DNA from: Clostridia bacterium
GTDB taxonomy: Bacteria; Bacillota; Clostridia; Christensenellales; UBA1242
Direction: 5' to 3'
NCBI GenBank assembly: GCA_017531805.1
Contig: JAFXKG010000002.1
Span: 8,817 to 72,816, forward strand
DNA: 64,000 nt
The number at the start of each line of letters is the position of its first letter. Within the stretch, counting starts at the first letter, position 1. The position numbers and the translations under genes were made by a program. A model generated the notes under the pieces. That model saw nothing but the letters and a program-made list of their open reading frames with translations. It did not search any database and had not been told where the DNA came from. Shown here piece after piece: positions 1-10,723 of this stretch.

Positions 1-381
1 GCATATTTTACTGTAGAACAATTAAAATACCTTGTGCGTGGTGGTAGAGTAAGCAAATTAAGTGGTATGGTTGGTTCGATTTTAAACATTAAACCAGTTT
101 TGAGAGTTGACGAAGAAGGTAGACTTGTAAGTTATAAAAAAGTTATATCTAGGAAAAAATCTATTGCCGAACTTCAAAATATCATTACAGATAAAATTGG
201 CGACAAAAAACATGTTTATATTTGCCATGCAGATTGTGAACAAGATGCAAATGATTTGGCAAATAGTGTTGAAACACTAATAGGTGCTAAGCCAGTTGTT
301 ACAGATTTGACACAAGTTATTGGTTGTCATACAGGACCAGGACTTTTGGCATTATTCTTCTTTGGTAAAGATGGAAAATAA
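1..381 (+). CDS. DegV family fatty-acid binding protein (partial, runs off left edge)
   Basis: Frame open from base 1; L.YL.RGGR.S, LNIKP.L and C-terminal IGCHTGPG motifs typical of DegV. Confidence 0.9.
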   Translation, partial: AYFTVEQLKYLVRGGRVSKLSGMVGSILNIKPVLRVDEEGRLVSYKKVISRKKSIAELQNIITDKIGDKKHVYICHADCEQDANDLANSVETLIGAKPVVTDLTQVIGCHTGPGLLALFFFGKDGK

Positions 382-724
382 TATTTTTGAACTAGAGATA
401 AGCAAATCAAGATTTATCGCTTATAAATTAGACTTAAACTCCCTTGACGATGTCAAGGGGTTTTTGTCTGCTTTAAAAAAAGACCACAAAAAAGCAAGGC
501 ATGTTTGTTATGCTTATGTGTATAACAAAGAAGTTATAAGTGAAAAATGTAGTGATGATGGAGAACCAAGCGGTACAGCAGGGTATCCTATTTTAAATGT
601 TATTAAGAAAAAAAATCTAACCAATGTGCTTGTGGCAGTGGTTAGATATTTTGGTGGCATCAAACTTGGTGCGGGTGGATTAACGCGCGCATATACAAAA
701 GCTTGCGCAGGAGTTTTAAATTAA
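371..724 (+). CDS. YigZ/IMPACT family protein (N-terminal domain only)
   Basis: KSRFIA, ARHVCYAY, SDDGEPSGTAG, VVRYFGGIKLGAGGL.RAY motifs; ATG at 371 overlaps the degV end. Confidence 0.88.
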   Translation: MENNIFELEISKSRFIAYKLDLNSLDDVKGFLSALKKDHKKARHVCYAYVYNKEVISEKCSDDGEPSGTAGYPILNVIKKKNLTNVLVAVVRYFGGIKLGAGGLTRAYTKACAGVLN

Positions 725-1380
725 TCTAACGAAATTGTAACATCGTGGATTTTTTTCATATCTCTTGCAACTTTTATATAGTCTTCGTATTGCATTTTCC
801 ACAATCTTTTGCGGTTTTTGTGGAAATCTTTTACGATATCGCAACAAAGCTCTAAAAAGTTGAAATATGTATAACTATCAGCACGAGCTTGTAACAATCG
901 TAAGGCATATTCAAAAACATAAAAGGCAGAGGCATCGGCATCTTTTTCTGTTACAGAATTGGTTTCTAAAATATATTTTAAACGATTTAACAAACTTTTT
1001 GTTTTTGTATCTTTGCTTTTTTGAAACTCGTCACATTTTTCACATACTTCGCAATAATTGATTTCAGATTTTGCTGTTATACTTGGTGTTGTTTCAAATT
1101 GTACTATGTGTTTAAATTCGTGACTGGCAGAAATAAACATGTGTATCAACAAAGGTAAATCAGTTTCTTCCTTCATTTTCATATGTGTTTTGTTTAAATA
1201 CACATCGTATTTGTTTTCATATTTATGATGAGGAACAACATAAGCAAGATACAATTTGTTTTTATTTATATCTTTATCGGCATGAATAGTTATGTCATAA
1301 TAATCGTTATCCAAACCATATGTTAATAAAAAATATTCTAAATAAGTGTTTAGGGCATTGCGTGTTTCTGTCTCTGACAC
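721..1380 (-). CDS. hypothetical protein with HExxH motif (possible zinc metallopeptidase-like)
   Basis: 219-aa ORF with SHEFKH and a downstream E.DAD; true start uncertain (frame open to about 1449). Confidence 0.5.
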   Translation of the reverse strand: MSETETRNALNTYLEYFLLTYGLDNDYYDITIHADKDINKNKLYLAYVVPHHKYENKYDVYLNKTHMKMKEETDLPLLIHMFISASHEFKHIVQFETTPSITAKSEINYCEVCEKCDEFQKSKDTKTKSLLNRLKYILETNSVTEKDADASAFYVFEYALRLLQARADSYTYFNFLELCCDIVKDFHKNRKRLWKMQYEDYIKVARDMKKIHDVTISLD

Positions 1381-1543
1381 TTCTTTGTTTTTGTAAATTG
1401 AGTAAAAATAGATGTTAAGTTGGTCTAATAATAAATCTTTATCTTCATATTAATATAATAAACTAAAAATGTAATTTGTCAAGAGTGTTTTTTAAATTTA
1501 TTAAACGAATTAATTAACTTTGTTTGTATATATTTTGCCAAAT

Positions 1544-1571
1544 AAAAAACTCAGATTTACTGAGTTTTTTT
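1544..1571 (-). terminator. intrinsic terminator after the protease gene
   Basis: AAAAAACTCAG-attta-CTGAGTTTTTT hairpin. Confidence 0.75.
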
Positions 1572-1572
1572 G

Positions 1573-2997
1573 TTATGCTATTTCTTCAAAATAAGCAGAT
1601 GATAAATTATAAATTGTTATAGTTTTTGTTGAGTTGTCTGGTTTTTTGATATTTATCAATAGATTATCACCAGGTTTTACAGTCAACATCAAATCTTTAA
1701 ATTCAAATGCGCGTCTTAAAGTATACGCATCATTATCATTGATTTTGATGCTTGTGATAACATCATCTTCTTCAATACCATATGTTTTTGCAAGAGTGTT
1801 GTTTTTTACTTCTGTAACAACAAGTTCGTCAGTGATAGTTGTTGTACCATAAGTCTGGTCATAAACTGCTTTACCGTTTTGAGCTGTAAATACGATACCA
1901 AAACTCAATCTTACAGGTTTGACAGCGGTGCCAGAATAGTTTGATATGATGTTGTCGGCAACTTTGGTTACATTGTCAATAGGTAAAGCGTAACAATAAT
2001 TGTCCAACACATGACCAGAACTAGAAGTTAACCCTTTTGCATTTACGATGCCAATCAATTCGCCTTTATTATTAAACAAACCACCACCAGAATTGCCACC
2101 GTTTATAGGAGTGTCAATTCTCATAACTCTAAATACGCAATCAGTATAATCATCAGCGCCTTTCATAGCTAAGTATTCACTTTCAACAGAAATGATACCT
2201 TTTGTAACGCTTGTGCCTTCACCTTCTGGATTGCCAATTGCTATTGCTGTGTCTGCAACAGAGTAACTATCTGCAACAGTAACTGGAGCGTAAGTTGCAT
2301 TGTTTTCAACCAAATCACTGGTGCTAACTTTAAGCACTGCAATGTCGTAATTTAAAGAACCACCAATATATTGACAACTAACCGAACCTTTACCAAAGTC
2401 GTATGAACCAAAGTGACCATTATCGTCAGAGTTGCTTGTACTAATTGTTTCGGTAACACCATATTGATATAATACAATGTCATTGCTAATTTTATTTGCA
2501 GTAGTGCTATTTTTTGCGTAAACTACATGATAATTTGTAACGATATAACTTGTGTCGCCGTCTGTTTTGTATATTACTCCGGCACCACATGAAATGGAAA
2601 ATGATGTCCTTAAGTAATTAACTGGATATGCTGCATATATAACAACTGCAGATTGCAATGCTTTGTTTACTGATGCTTGAATATTATCATACTCTACATC
2701 TACACTAAAATAATCTTTAACAAATTGTTGGAAACCTGCATTTGTATTTTCATAAAAACCCCTTGAAACCAAACTTGCAAACAACTCTTCGATGTCAACA
2801 TTTTCACCGTCTTTACCGTTTTCAACTGTTATTGTGTCGTTTGTGCCATCAGAATAAGTTAAGGTATAAGTATCGGTTTTGCCAAAAGATTGTGTTTTTT
2901 GTATGTCTATTATGTATGGCTTGCCAAAAGAACAACCAGAGAACAAAAACACTGGTATTAATAGCATAGTTAATATAAAGATTTTAAATTTTTTCAT
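1573..2997 (-). CDS. HtrA/DegP-like trypsin serine protease with PDZ domain, lipoprotein
   Basis: Lipobox FSGC; triad motifs TNYHVV, DIAVL, GGNSGG; C-terminal PDZ-like segment. Confidence 0.88.
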   Translation of the reverse strand: MKKFKIFILTMLLIPVFLFSGCSFGKPYIIDIQKTQSFGKTDTYTLTYSDGTNDTITVENGKDGENVDIEELFASLVSRGFYENTNAGFQQFVKDYFSVDVEYDNIQASVNKALQSAVVIYAAYPVNYLRTSFSISCGAGVIYKTDGDTSYIVTNYHVVYAKNSTTANKISNDIVLYQYGVTETISTSNSDDNGHFGSYDFGKGSVSCQYIGGSLNYDIAVLKVSTSDLVENNATYAPVTVADSYSVADTAIAIGNPEGEGTSVTKGIISVESEYLAMKGADDYTDCVFRVMRIDTPINGGNSGGGLFNNKGELIGIVNAKGLTSSSGHVLDNYCYALPIDNVTKVADNIISNYSGTAVKPVRLSFGIVFTAQNGKAVYDQTYGTTTITDELVVTEVKNNTLAKTYGIEEDDVITSIKINDNDAYTLRRAFEFKDLMLTVKPGDNLLINIKKPDNSTKTITIYNLSSAYFEEIA

Positions 2998-3130
2998 ATT
3001 CCACCTAATACTATTTATTATACACATTATCAGTTTATTTTACAAATAAATAAAATAAAAAAACAAATTTTAATAAACCTCTTTTATTTTTTATAGTTTT
3101 ATGTTATGCTTGTTATGTAAGGGATCAAAT

Positions 3131-3904
3131 ATGAAAAATCTTTATAAACATGGGCATGGCGGACACAGGCAAAGGTTAAAAGATAAGGTTAGAGAACATG
3201 GTTTAAAAGTATTGCAACAGCACGAAATATTAGAGTTGTTGCTGACTTATACAATACCAAGAAAAGATACTAACGAACTTGCACATAATTTGTTAAATAC
3301 CTTTGGCAACCTTGCCAATGTAATAAATGCTAGCAACAAAGATTTACAAACAATCAAAGGTGTAGGCGAGGAAACTGCATTATTTTTTAATGTTTTGTCT
3401 TCGTTTTATGACACATACTTGCAAACAAAAAACAAAAGATCAAACACTATTTTAAATACTAGTAGCAAATGTATAGAGTATTTTAGGAATAATTTTGAAA
3501 TCAAAAAAAGAGAATATTTATATATAGTGTGTTTAAGCAAAGGATACAATGTTGTAAAAACACTTCAGTTTGAAGGTGAAAATGATTGTAACATTTTGTT
3601 TGATTTTAAAAAGTTTTCTACATACATCAACACAGAAGATGTTTATGGTGTAGTTTTGTTTCACACTCATCCAAATGGAGAAGCAAAACCTAGTGCACAA
3701 GATCTTGCTACTACACAAGATTTGTTTGGTGCATGTTGTACTTTAAAAATACAAATGGTTGATCACATTATTTTTAACGAAACAGAACAATATTCATTTG
3801 GTATAGCAGGCAAAATTGCTGAATATGAAGATTTGTATCGCAATATTTTAAGAAACAACTATAGATCTTTTGATAATAGTAAGGGTAGATTTAGACACGA
3901 GTAA
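3131..3904 (+). CDS. radC: RadC family JAB/MPN protein
   Basis: GHRQRL, ELLLTY.IPRKDT, HhH (IKGVGE), HTHPNG..PS..D and DHII motifs. Confidence 0.88.
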   Translation: MKNLYKHGHGGHRQRLKDKVREHGLKVLQQHEILELLLTYTIPRKDTNELAHNLLNTFGNLANVINASNKDLQTIKGVGEETALFFNVLSSFYDTYLQTKNKRSNTILNTSSKCIEYFRNNFEIKKREYLYIVCLSKGYNVVKTLQFEGENDCNILFDFKKFSTYINTEDVYGVVLFHTHPNGEAKPSAQDLATTQDLFGACCTLKIQMVDHIIFNETEQYSFGIAGKIAEYEDLYRNILRNNYRSFDNSKGRFRHE

Positions 3905-4247
3905 AAGAAATTGCATCTATTTTAAGTAGTTGCAATTTTTTGTTTATGTTTTTTGCAATTTCAGTTAAGCAAAGATTGAACCTATCCAGTAAAAAGTTGT
4001 GATTATGATTGTTTTGCTGAACAAAAAGAACACTTTCTGACTTTATCTCTTTTTTTAATATAAGCAAAGACAATTCATCAAATTTCAGCTTTTTTAATAA
4101 ACTTTCGTAAAAATTTTTAAGTTGTAAACTTAAAGTTTTGATTTGTTGCACATCTAGATTATTGTTTTGATTACAAAAATTATCGATGCTTAGTATGATT
4201 GAGTAATCTTTTATTAATGACATTTTGATTTTGTTTTTAAATAACAT
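3891..4247 (-). CDS. hypothetical protein
   Basis: 118-aa ORF, no recognisable motif. Confidence 0.4.
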   Translation of the reverse strand: MLFKNKIKMSLIKDYSIILSIDNFCNQNNNLDVQQIKTLSLQLKNFYESLLKKLKFDELSLLILKKEIKSESVLFVQQNNHNHNFLLDRFNLCLTEIAKNINKKLQLLKIDAISFTRV

Positions 4248-4302
4248 ATTATATTTTATGTAGAATTTTAAAATATAATCAAAAAAATTAAGGTTTTTTG
4301 CC

Positions 4303-5670
4303 TTAATTTTTCTTTTCTTCTATTTGTTCAGTTTGTGTATGTTTGATTTTATCGTTGCAAGACATAAACAAAATCATTATCGCAAAAATAAAATAAGTAA
4401 AGTTATAACATTTAAAAGTGTTGTCGCAAAGGCTTTCTAACAAAATATAAATCAATGGTAAATATGCCACAAATTTAGGTTTGTCTTTTGCCAAATATTT
4501 TATAAACAAATATACAACATATCCAAAAGCGATTGTCCCTACAATGCCAAAACGATACAACAAGAAAATATAAAAGTTATGTGTTTCAGTTGGACCATAT
4601 TGGTTTGCTACAAACACTTGTTCTGTCAAAAGTCCATTTCCAAACAACGCAGTCCAAGGAGATTTAAATATTGCGTTAAAGTATAATGTCCAAATTTCGT
4701 CCCTGCCTGTAAGCAAAGATCGTATAAAGTTTTTGCTATTAAATGCTTCAACAAATCTATTAAATATTAATGATAAGTAGTTGTGGCAAATTAAACATAT
4801 ACCCAAAAGTATCAAACCAAATATCCCTACATATTTGATGCGTTTTTTAAAGTCTTGCTTTAAGAATAATATTAGATATATACCAATTAATAAACACAAA
4901 ATTACAATACCTGTTTTAGATAAAGTTGCAAATGTTATAAGTGTACATATTGCCAAGATTGTAATGAATTTTAAGTTGCTTAGTTTGTTTGAAAGGTTGC
5001 GGTACATGTAGTATGAGATAACAAACAGGGTACGCATATATAGGTAATTTGTATTATTAAAAAATGCACGGAACCTATTGCCAGGCATAACATTATATTG
5101 GAAGAAAGGCACAATTATTGAAAAAAGCGCAAACGCACAACTTGTCATCAAACCGCCAAACATATAGTTCATACCTTGTGCAATGTTAAAGTCTTTTCGC
5201 ATTGCAAACAACAGGTATGCAAGTGGCAAATATGTATAGTATAAAAATGCCCCCATGTATAAAGATTTGCCAACAGAAATCAAAGAAGTGATTGCATAAA
5301 AGCATGCCAAAGCAATAAGTATAGGTTTGTAAACTTGATAGTGTTTTTTCTTTACACCAATCAAATATTTTACAAGCAATATAATACAATATCCGATAAG
5401 TGTAACCATAAAGCACGAATCATATCCAATATGGCTCAATGTAAAACTGTGCAAAAACATAAATATACAAAACGATTGTTGCAAGGAAAGTGTTGCCATA
5501 AAAATCAAAGCAACAACACTGACAGAAATTTCTATCCATTTAAAAAATCCACTTGCAAAATAAAGTGCTGTCAAAAGACAACAAATCAAAAAAACACGAT
5601 TAGATTTAAGTTCTACAATTTGTTTTTTTAGATTACTAAAAAAATTTTTAATTTTTTGTTTGTTTTCCAT
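4303..5670 (-). CDS. O-antigen ligase-like (Wzy_C/WaaL family) membrane protein
   Basis: Many TM segments; TLSKTG, LTGRDEIW, FGNG and HNFY motifs. Confidence 0.8.
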   Translation of the reverse strand: MENKQKIKNFFSNLKKQIVELKSNRVFLICCLLTALYFASGFFKWIEISVSVVALIFMATLSLQQSFCIFMFLHSFTLSHIGYDSCFMVTLIGYCIILLVKYLIGVKKKHYQVYKPILIALACFYAITSLISVGKSLYMGAFLYYTYLPLAYLLFAMRKDFNIAQGMNYMFGGLMTSCAFALFSIIVPFFQYNVMPGNRFRAFFNNTNYLYMRTLFVISYYMYRNLSNKLSNLKFITILAICTLITFATLSKTGIVILCLLIGIYLILFLKQDFKKRIKYVGIFGLILLGICLICHNYLSLIFNRFVEAFNSKNFIRSLLTGRDEIWTLYFNAIFKSPWTALFGNGLLTEQVFVANQYGPTETHNFYIFLLYRFGIVGTIAFGYVVYLFIKYLAKDKPKFVAYLPLIYILLESLCDNTFKCYNFTYFIFAIMILFMSCNDKIKHTQTEQIEEKKN

Positions 5671-5804
5671 AATTTGATTATGGCATTTTTTTAATTATTT
5701 GACAAGCAAATAGTATTGTTTGTAATAAATTGGTAAGCAGAATAACAAAATATTTGTTGCTTATTTGGGGGATATGTGTTAAAATTGCCTTCAAAGAGGT
5801 ACAT

Positions 5805-6563
5805 ATGAAAAACAAAAAAAGAAAATCACTTTACATATGTTTTTTTAAAAGATTTTTTGACTTTACATTATCGCTTTTAGGTATAATTATATTATCGCCA
5901 GTGTTTTTGATTGTTTGGATATGTTCTAAAGTTTCTATTGGTGGCAAAGCTATATTTACACAATATCGTCCAGGTAAAGACGGCAAAATCTTCAAACTTT
6001 ACAAATTTAGGAGCATGACAAACAAAACTGACGAAAACGGCGATTTGTTGCCTGATGCTCAAAGGATAACTAAATTTGGTAAAATTATCAGGAAATTAAG
6101 TTTGGACGAACTACCACAACTTTTTAATATTTTGAAAGGTGATATGAGCATTGTAGGGCCAAGACCAAGGTTAATCAAAGACATGATTTTTTATGATGAA
6201 GAAACATTAAAAGCATATTGTGTTAGACCTGGTTTGACAGGTCCCGCTCAAGTTTATGATAGAAACAGTGAACTAAGTTGGGAAAGTGTGTTTAAAAGAG
6301 ATATTGAATATGCACAAAATCTATCATTTTGGAACGATTTAAAATTGTTTTTTGGTACATTTTTAGCAGTATTGAAAGGTGGTAGTGCAAATGGAGCAAA
6401 CAGTGATGTTGATAAAGTTGAAAAAAGAGAATATTATTATGCAGACCACTTGTTAAAATCCGGCAAAATTACTAAGGAACAATACGAAAAAGGTATCATG
6501 GATGCAAAACTTTTGGAAAGCAAAAAAGCAAAAGTTGATTATAAATCGGATTTACATAATTAA
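5805..6563 (+). CDS. priming sugar transferase (Bac_transf family)
   Basis: KRFFD, KFRSM, R.LSLDELPQL.N.LKGDMS.VGPRP, RPGLTG.AQV motifs; GAGGT RBS. Confidence 0.92.
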   Translation: MKNKKRKSLYICFFKRFFDFTLSLLGIIILSPVFLIVWICSKVSIGGKAIFTQYRPGKDGKIFKLYKFRSMTNKTDENGDLLPDAQRITKFGKIIRKLSLDELPQLFNILKGDMSIVGPRPRLIKDMIFYDEETLKAYCVRPGLTGPAQVYDRNSELSWESVFKRDIEYAQNLSFWNDLKLFFGTFLAVLKGGSANGANSDVDKVEKREYYYADHLLKSGKITKEQYEKGIMDAKLLESKKAKVDYKSDLHN

Positions 6564-6585
6564 AAGGATGATTAATCCTTTTTTT
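6562..6585 (+). terminator. intrinsic terminator
   Basis: AAAAGGAT-gatta-ATCCTTTTTTT. Confidence 0.6.
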
Positions 6586-6701
6586 ACTGCACCAAAAGCC
6601 AATAAACATGTTGAAATTATTTGCTTTTTTCGACAAGCTTTATGATTTGCTTTACTTATTTTATATAATAAGCTATTATAAATAAACAAGGAGAAAAGCG
6701 C

Positions 6702-7826
6702 ATGATTACAAACAAAAAAATTATGATGATATCAACAACTGACAATATGATTTGGCAATTTTTGTTGCCACATATTCAACATTTAAAAGAACTTGGTAAT
6801 GAAGTGGAGTGTGTTTGTGCCAAAACAGGCTTTTGGTTTGATGAACTTAAAGAAAAACATGGTTTGCTTATGCATGAAATTGATTTTGGCAGAAATCCAA
6901 TCAAATTAAAAAACTTTAAATGTTTTAAGAAACTTAAGCAACTTCAAAAAGAAAGGAAATTTGATTTAGTCTATTGTCAGCAACCTGTTGGCGGTATGAT
7001 GGGTAGGTTGATTGGTAAAAAGTTTAAATTGCCGGTTATATATACCGCTCATGGTTTTCATTTCTTTAAAGGTTGTCCACTTGTCAACAAAGTTGTCTAC
7101 AAACCTGTGGAAAAGTGGCTTTCAAAATATACCGATATATTGATAACAATCAATGGAGAAGACTATCAAAGCGCTTTAAAGATGAAAGCAAAAAAGGTTT
7201 TTAAAATAAACGGTATTGGTATGACTTTTAAAAAGTATGAAGATATCACAGAAACAAAGGAAGAAATAAAAGCATCCTTAGGGTTGGATAAAAATGATTT
7301 TGTGATTGTAACGGTTGCGGAATTTATAAAGCGTAAAAATTATGATACAATGTTGAAAACTATAAAAGAATTAAAAGATAGAAGTGTAAATGTAAAGTTT
7401 TTGATATGTGGCCGCGGACAGGAAGAAAGTATAATCAAAAATCAAATCAAAGATCTTGATATTGAAAATGAGGTGAAAATCTTAGGGTTTAGAAAAGATA
7501 TCAACCGTATTTTAACCGCATCCGATGTGTTTATGTTGGCATCTTTTCAAGAAGGACTTACACTATCGGTTATTGAATCGATGAGTTTTGGTTTGCCATG
7601 TGTTGTCAGCAATGTAAGAGGCAACAGAGATTTGATTGTTGATGGTAAAGGTGGTTTTGTTGTAGAAACAAAAAATTGCTCACAATATGCGGATAAGATA
7701 GAAATTTTAAAACAAGACGAAAATTTAAGGAAAGTCTTTGGCTTATTTAATAAAGAAGAAAGCAAAAAATATTCTATAGATGCAGTAAAAGAAGAACTAA
7801 ATGAAGTTTACAAATGGATAAGTTAG
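6702..7826 (+). CDS. GT4 family glycosyltransferase (EpsD-like)
   Basis: YTAHGFHF and S.QEGL....IESMS.GLP motifs. Confidence 0.9.
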   Translation: MITNKKIMMISTTDNMIWQFLLPHIQHLKELGNEVECVCAKTGFWFDELKEKHGLLMHEIDFGRNPIKLKNFKCFKKLKQLQKERKFDLVYCQQPVGGMMGRLIGKKFKLPVIYTAHGFHFFKGCPLVNKVVYKPVEKWLSKYTDILITINGEDYQSALKMKAKKVFKINGIGMTFKKYEDITETKEEIKASLGLDKNDFVIVTVAEFIKRKNYDTMLKTIKELKDRSVNVKFLICGRGQEESIIKNQIKDLDIENEVKILGFRKDINRILTASDVFMLASFQEGLTLSVIESMSFGLPCVVSNVRGNRDLIVDGKGGFVVETKNCSQYADKIEILKQDENLRKVFGLFNKEESKKYSIDAVKEELNEVYKWIS

Positions 7827-7827
7827 G

Positions 7828-8967
7828 ATGTGGATTTATTTAATTTTAGTAGCAATAATTTTTTTGGATTTTGGGTTAGAATTTGTTGTAAATAAAAAAA
7901 TTGTAGCAGACAGCAAGTTAAAAAAAATTTTAAATTTTATCTTTAAATTTAGATTAATTTCTGTTTTGGCATTGGTAATAATATCAACTTTTAGATGTTA
8001 TAGTGTTGGAGCAGATACATTAAATTATCGCATAGAATTTGAAAATTTTAAAAGTTTAAGTATTAAAGACTGTTTTGCTTCATCAAGGTTTGAGATAGGG
8101 TATCTACTCACTACTATGATTATTGCAAAGATTGGCTTAAGTTTTAGATTTGTTATATTGTTAAGTTCTTTATTTACAGCATATTGTTTTATCAGGTTTA
8201 TTAAAGAATTTTCACCAAACAAATGTATGTCTATAGTTATGTTTGTTGGGCTTGGGTTATTTGCTCAAAGTCTTAATATTATCAGACATATTATCGCTCT
8301 TGATTTTGTGCTTTTATCTATCATATTGTTGTTTAAAAACAAAATTTTTAAAAGTATAATTTTGGTTTTGATTGCAAGTTTGTTCCATGTAACAGCATTG
8401 GTTGCTATCCTATTTGTAGGATTTAAATATTTAAAACTATCATATCCTTTGCTTATCATTATAATTACAACTGCTGTAGTGGGGATTTTTATCTTTCCGT
8501 ATGCAATGAAATTTATAGAGCAGATTACACCTTTGAATTTTTACACGCAATATTTTGTTGTTCAAAAATATAAATTTTATGCAGAACCTGGACTAATTGA
8601 CAATCTATATTCGATTGCTTTAACAGTTATTTTTATAGTTTTATTACTGGCACGAAAATATTTAACAGAACTAAACGAGCAAGAGAAAAAACATTATGAC
8701 TTTTATTTGATTGTATATTTGTTTGTTCCTTTGATTAGGCTTGCCGGATTTGTATTAAAAGCTCAATCTTTGTTAAATAGATTAAATGTTTATTTCTTCT
8801 TTGCCTTAATCATTTTACTACCAATGTTTTTAAAAGGTTTTAAATTAAACAAAAATTTTAAGTTTATTGCAGTTGGAGCATCTTATATTATTATATTGTG
8901 CTACATGTATTACTTTTATGCTATACAAGATCCAAATGGTGTTGTTCCATTTTCGTGGGTTTTTTAA
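7828..8967 (+). CDS. EpsG family polysaccharide polymerase (Wzy-like)
   Basis: Polytopic; R..VGADT..Y, E.GY, N.IR..IA, FH.TA motifs. Confidence 0.82.
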   Translation: MWIYLILVAIIFLDFGLEFVVNKKIVADSKLKKILNFIFKFRLISVLALVIISTFRCYSVGADTLNYRIEFENFKSLSIKDCFASSRFEIGYLLTTMIIAKIGLSFRFVILLSSLFTAYCFIRFIKEFSPNKCMSIVMFVGLGLFAQSLNIIRHIIALDFVLLSIILLFKNKIFKSIILVLIASLFHVTALVAILFVGFKYLKLSYPLLIIIITTAVVGIFIFPYAMKFIEQITPLNFYTQYFVVQKYKFYAEPGLIDNLYSIALTVIFIVLLLARKYLTELNEQEKKHYDFYLIVYLFVPLIRLAGFVLKAQSLLNRLNVYFFFALIILLPMFLKGFKLNKNFKFIAVGASYIIILCYMYYFYAIQDPNGVVPFSWVF

Positions 8968-8979
8968 AAGGAGATAAAT

Positions 8980-9693
8980 ATGATACCTAAAGTTATTCAC
9001 TATATTTGGTTAGGAGGCAATCCTTTGCCAAAAATTGCAGAAAAGTGTATAGAAAGTTGGAAAAAGTTTTGTCCAGACTACGAGATGAAAAGATGGGACG
9101 AAACTAATATTGATGTCAATAAATATGAATTTACAAAAGATGCCTATCAAGCTAAAAAATATGCTTTTGTTTCCGATGTATTTAGGACAGAAATTTTATA
9201 CAACGAAGGCGGAGTATATTTTGACATTGATGTAGAACTTTTAAAATCTATAGAAAACATTATAACTGGTGTAGATTGCGTTATGGGTTTTGAAACTTCT
9301 AATTTGTTAAATCCTGGTTTGTTTATTGCATCAAAAAAGGGTAATGAAGATTTAAAAAATATCTTAGAAGTTTATAAAACACTTAAATTTGATATAAACA
9401 ATTTGTTAAATATAACCGTTTGTGAAGTGTTTACAAAATATTACGCAAAACAAGGTCTGATTAATATTGATAAAACTCAAACCATTGGCAAAACTATGTT
9501 TTATTCATCAGAGTACTTCAGCCCTATAGATGTTATAACCAGCAAAAAAAAGATAACAAAAAATACATATTCAATACATTGGTACAATGCTTCATGGTAC
9601 ACTCCAAAACAAAAATTTAAAAGCAAAATTAAAAAATTTTTAAATATTATTACCTTTGGTCTAGCAGGCAAATTGTATAACAAAATAAAATAA
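8980..9693 (+). CDS. GT32 DxD glycosyltransferase
   Basis: MIPK.IHY.W.G, AFVSD..R, GG.Y.DIDVE motifs. Confidence 0.9.
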   Translation: MIPKVIHYIWLGGNPLPKIAEKCIESWKKFCPDYEMKRWDETNIDVNKYEFTKDAYQAKKYAFVSDVFRTEILYNEGGVYFDIDVELLKSIENIITGVDCVMGFETSNLLNPGLFIASKKGNEDLKNILEVYKTLKFDINNLLNITVCEVFTKYYAKQGLINIDKTQTIGKTMFYSSEYFSPIDVITSKKKITKNTYSIHWYNASWYTPKQKFKSKIKKFLNIITFGLAGKLYNKIK

Positions 9694-9705
9694 AAGGGGA
9701 AATAA

Positions 9706-10722
9706 ATGACAAGCAAAAATTTGATTTCAGTCATTATACCAGTTTACAAAGTTGAAGAATATATTGACAAGTGTATTCAAAGTGTTGTAAATCAAACATA
9801 TAAAAATCTTGAAATTATATTGATTGATGATGGTAGCCCTGATAATTGTCCAAAGATTTGTGACCAATGGGCAAAAAAGGATGGCAGAATAAAAGTTGTG
9901 CATAAACCTAATGGCGGTGTCAGTAGCGCAAGGAACTGCGGTTTAGATATGGCGACAGGTGATTATGTTACTTTTGTAGATAGTGATGATTTTATTGAGT
10001 TGACTATGTATGAAAAACTTATAAGCAGTATTATTGAAAACAATTCTGATTTGGCTTTATGTGGATTTTGTAATGTATATGAAAATGGCATTAAAGAAGT
10101 TGTTGTGGAAAAAAATCTTTCTGTTATCAACGCATCTAACATTTTTGATTATTATGTACTAAGCAACTCTCATAAAATTGATAATATTGTTTATTTAGAT
10201 GGAATAATGGCCTATACTTGTCGTGCATTATATTCTAAAAAAATCATAAAAAATAATCGTTTTGAGCAAGAAATAAAGTATTGTGAAGATTTGTTATTTA
10301 ATCTTAATGTTATAGATAAAAACACAAAAATTTCTGTAGTGAACGAAAACTTATACAACTATTATCAAAGGGTAACCAGCGCTGTACATAATGCTAGCGA
10401 AAAAACAGTTGTGGCGAAGTTTAAGTATCTTGAAAAAGTTCTGCCTATTTTAGAAAATAAAATCAGTGATGACAGTTTTAAAATATTTAAGTTTTCTATC
10501 TATAAGATAATTTATTTAGACTTGCTTAAAACTGGTAGCAAAACAATCTATAAAAAATATATAAAAGAATTAAAAAGTAAAAAGCTTATAAACAAAATTT
10601 GCTACAAACTATTTAAAAGAAACCAAACTGGTTTTGCAAATAAATTATTAGCTTTTCTTGTGTATCATAACAGCTATGCTGTTTTAAAAATGTTGTTGTA
10701 CATTAAAAGCAATAGGAGTTAA
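9706..10722 (+). CDS. GT2 family glycosyltransferase
   Basis: SVIIPVY, DDGSPD, NGG.SSARN.G, FVDSDD, ED motifs. Confidence 0.92.
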   Translation: MTSKNLISVIIPVYKVEEYIDKCIQSVVNQTYKNLEIILIDDGSPDNCPKICDQWAKKDGRIKVVHKPNGGVSSARNCGLDMATGDYVTFVDSDDFIELTMYEKLISSIIENNSDLALCGFCNVYENGIKEVVVEKNLSVINASNIFDYYVLSNSHKIDNIVYLDGIMAYTCRALYSKKIIKNNRFEQEIKYCEDLLFNLNVIDKNTKISVVNENLYNYYQRVTSAVHNASEKTVVAKFKYLEKVLPILENKISDDSFKIFKFSIYKIIYLDLLKTGSKTIYKKYIKELKSKKLINKICYKLFKRNQTGFANKLLAFLVYHNSYAVLKMLLYIKSNRS

Positions 10723-10723
10723 T

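Noticed and set aside
3131-3904. radC as a mobile-element marker
   Set aside because: It is the full-length HhH plus JAB chromosomal form with no mobile context nearby.
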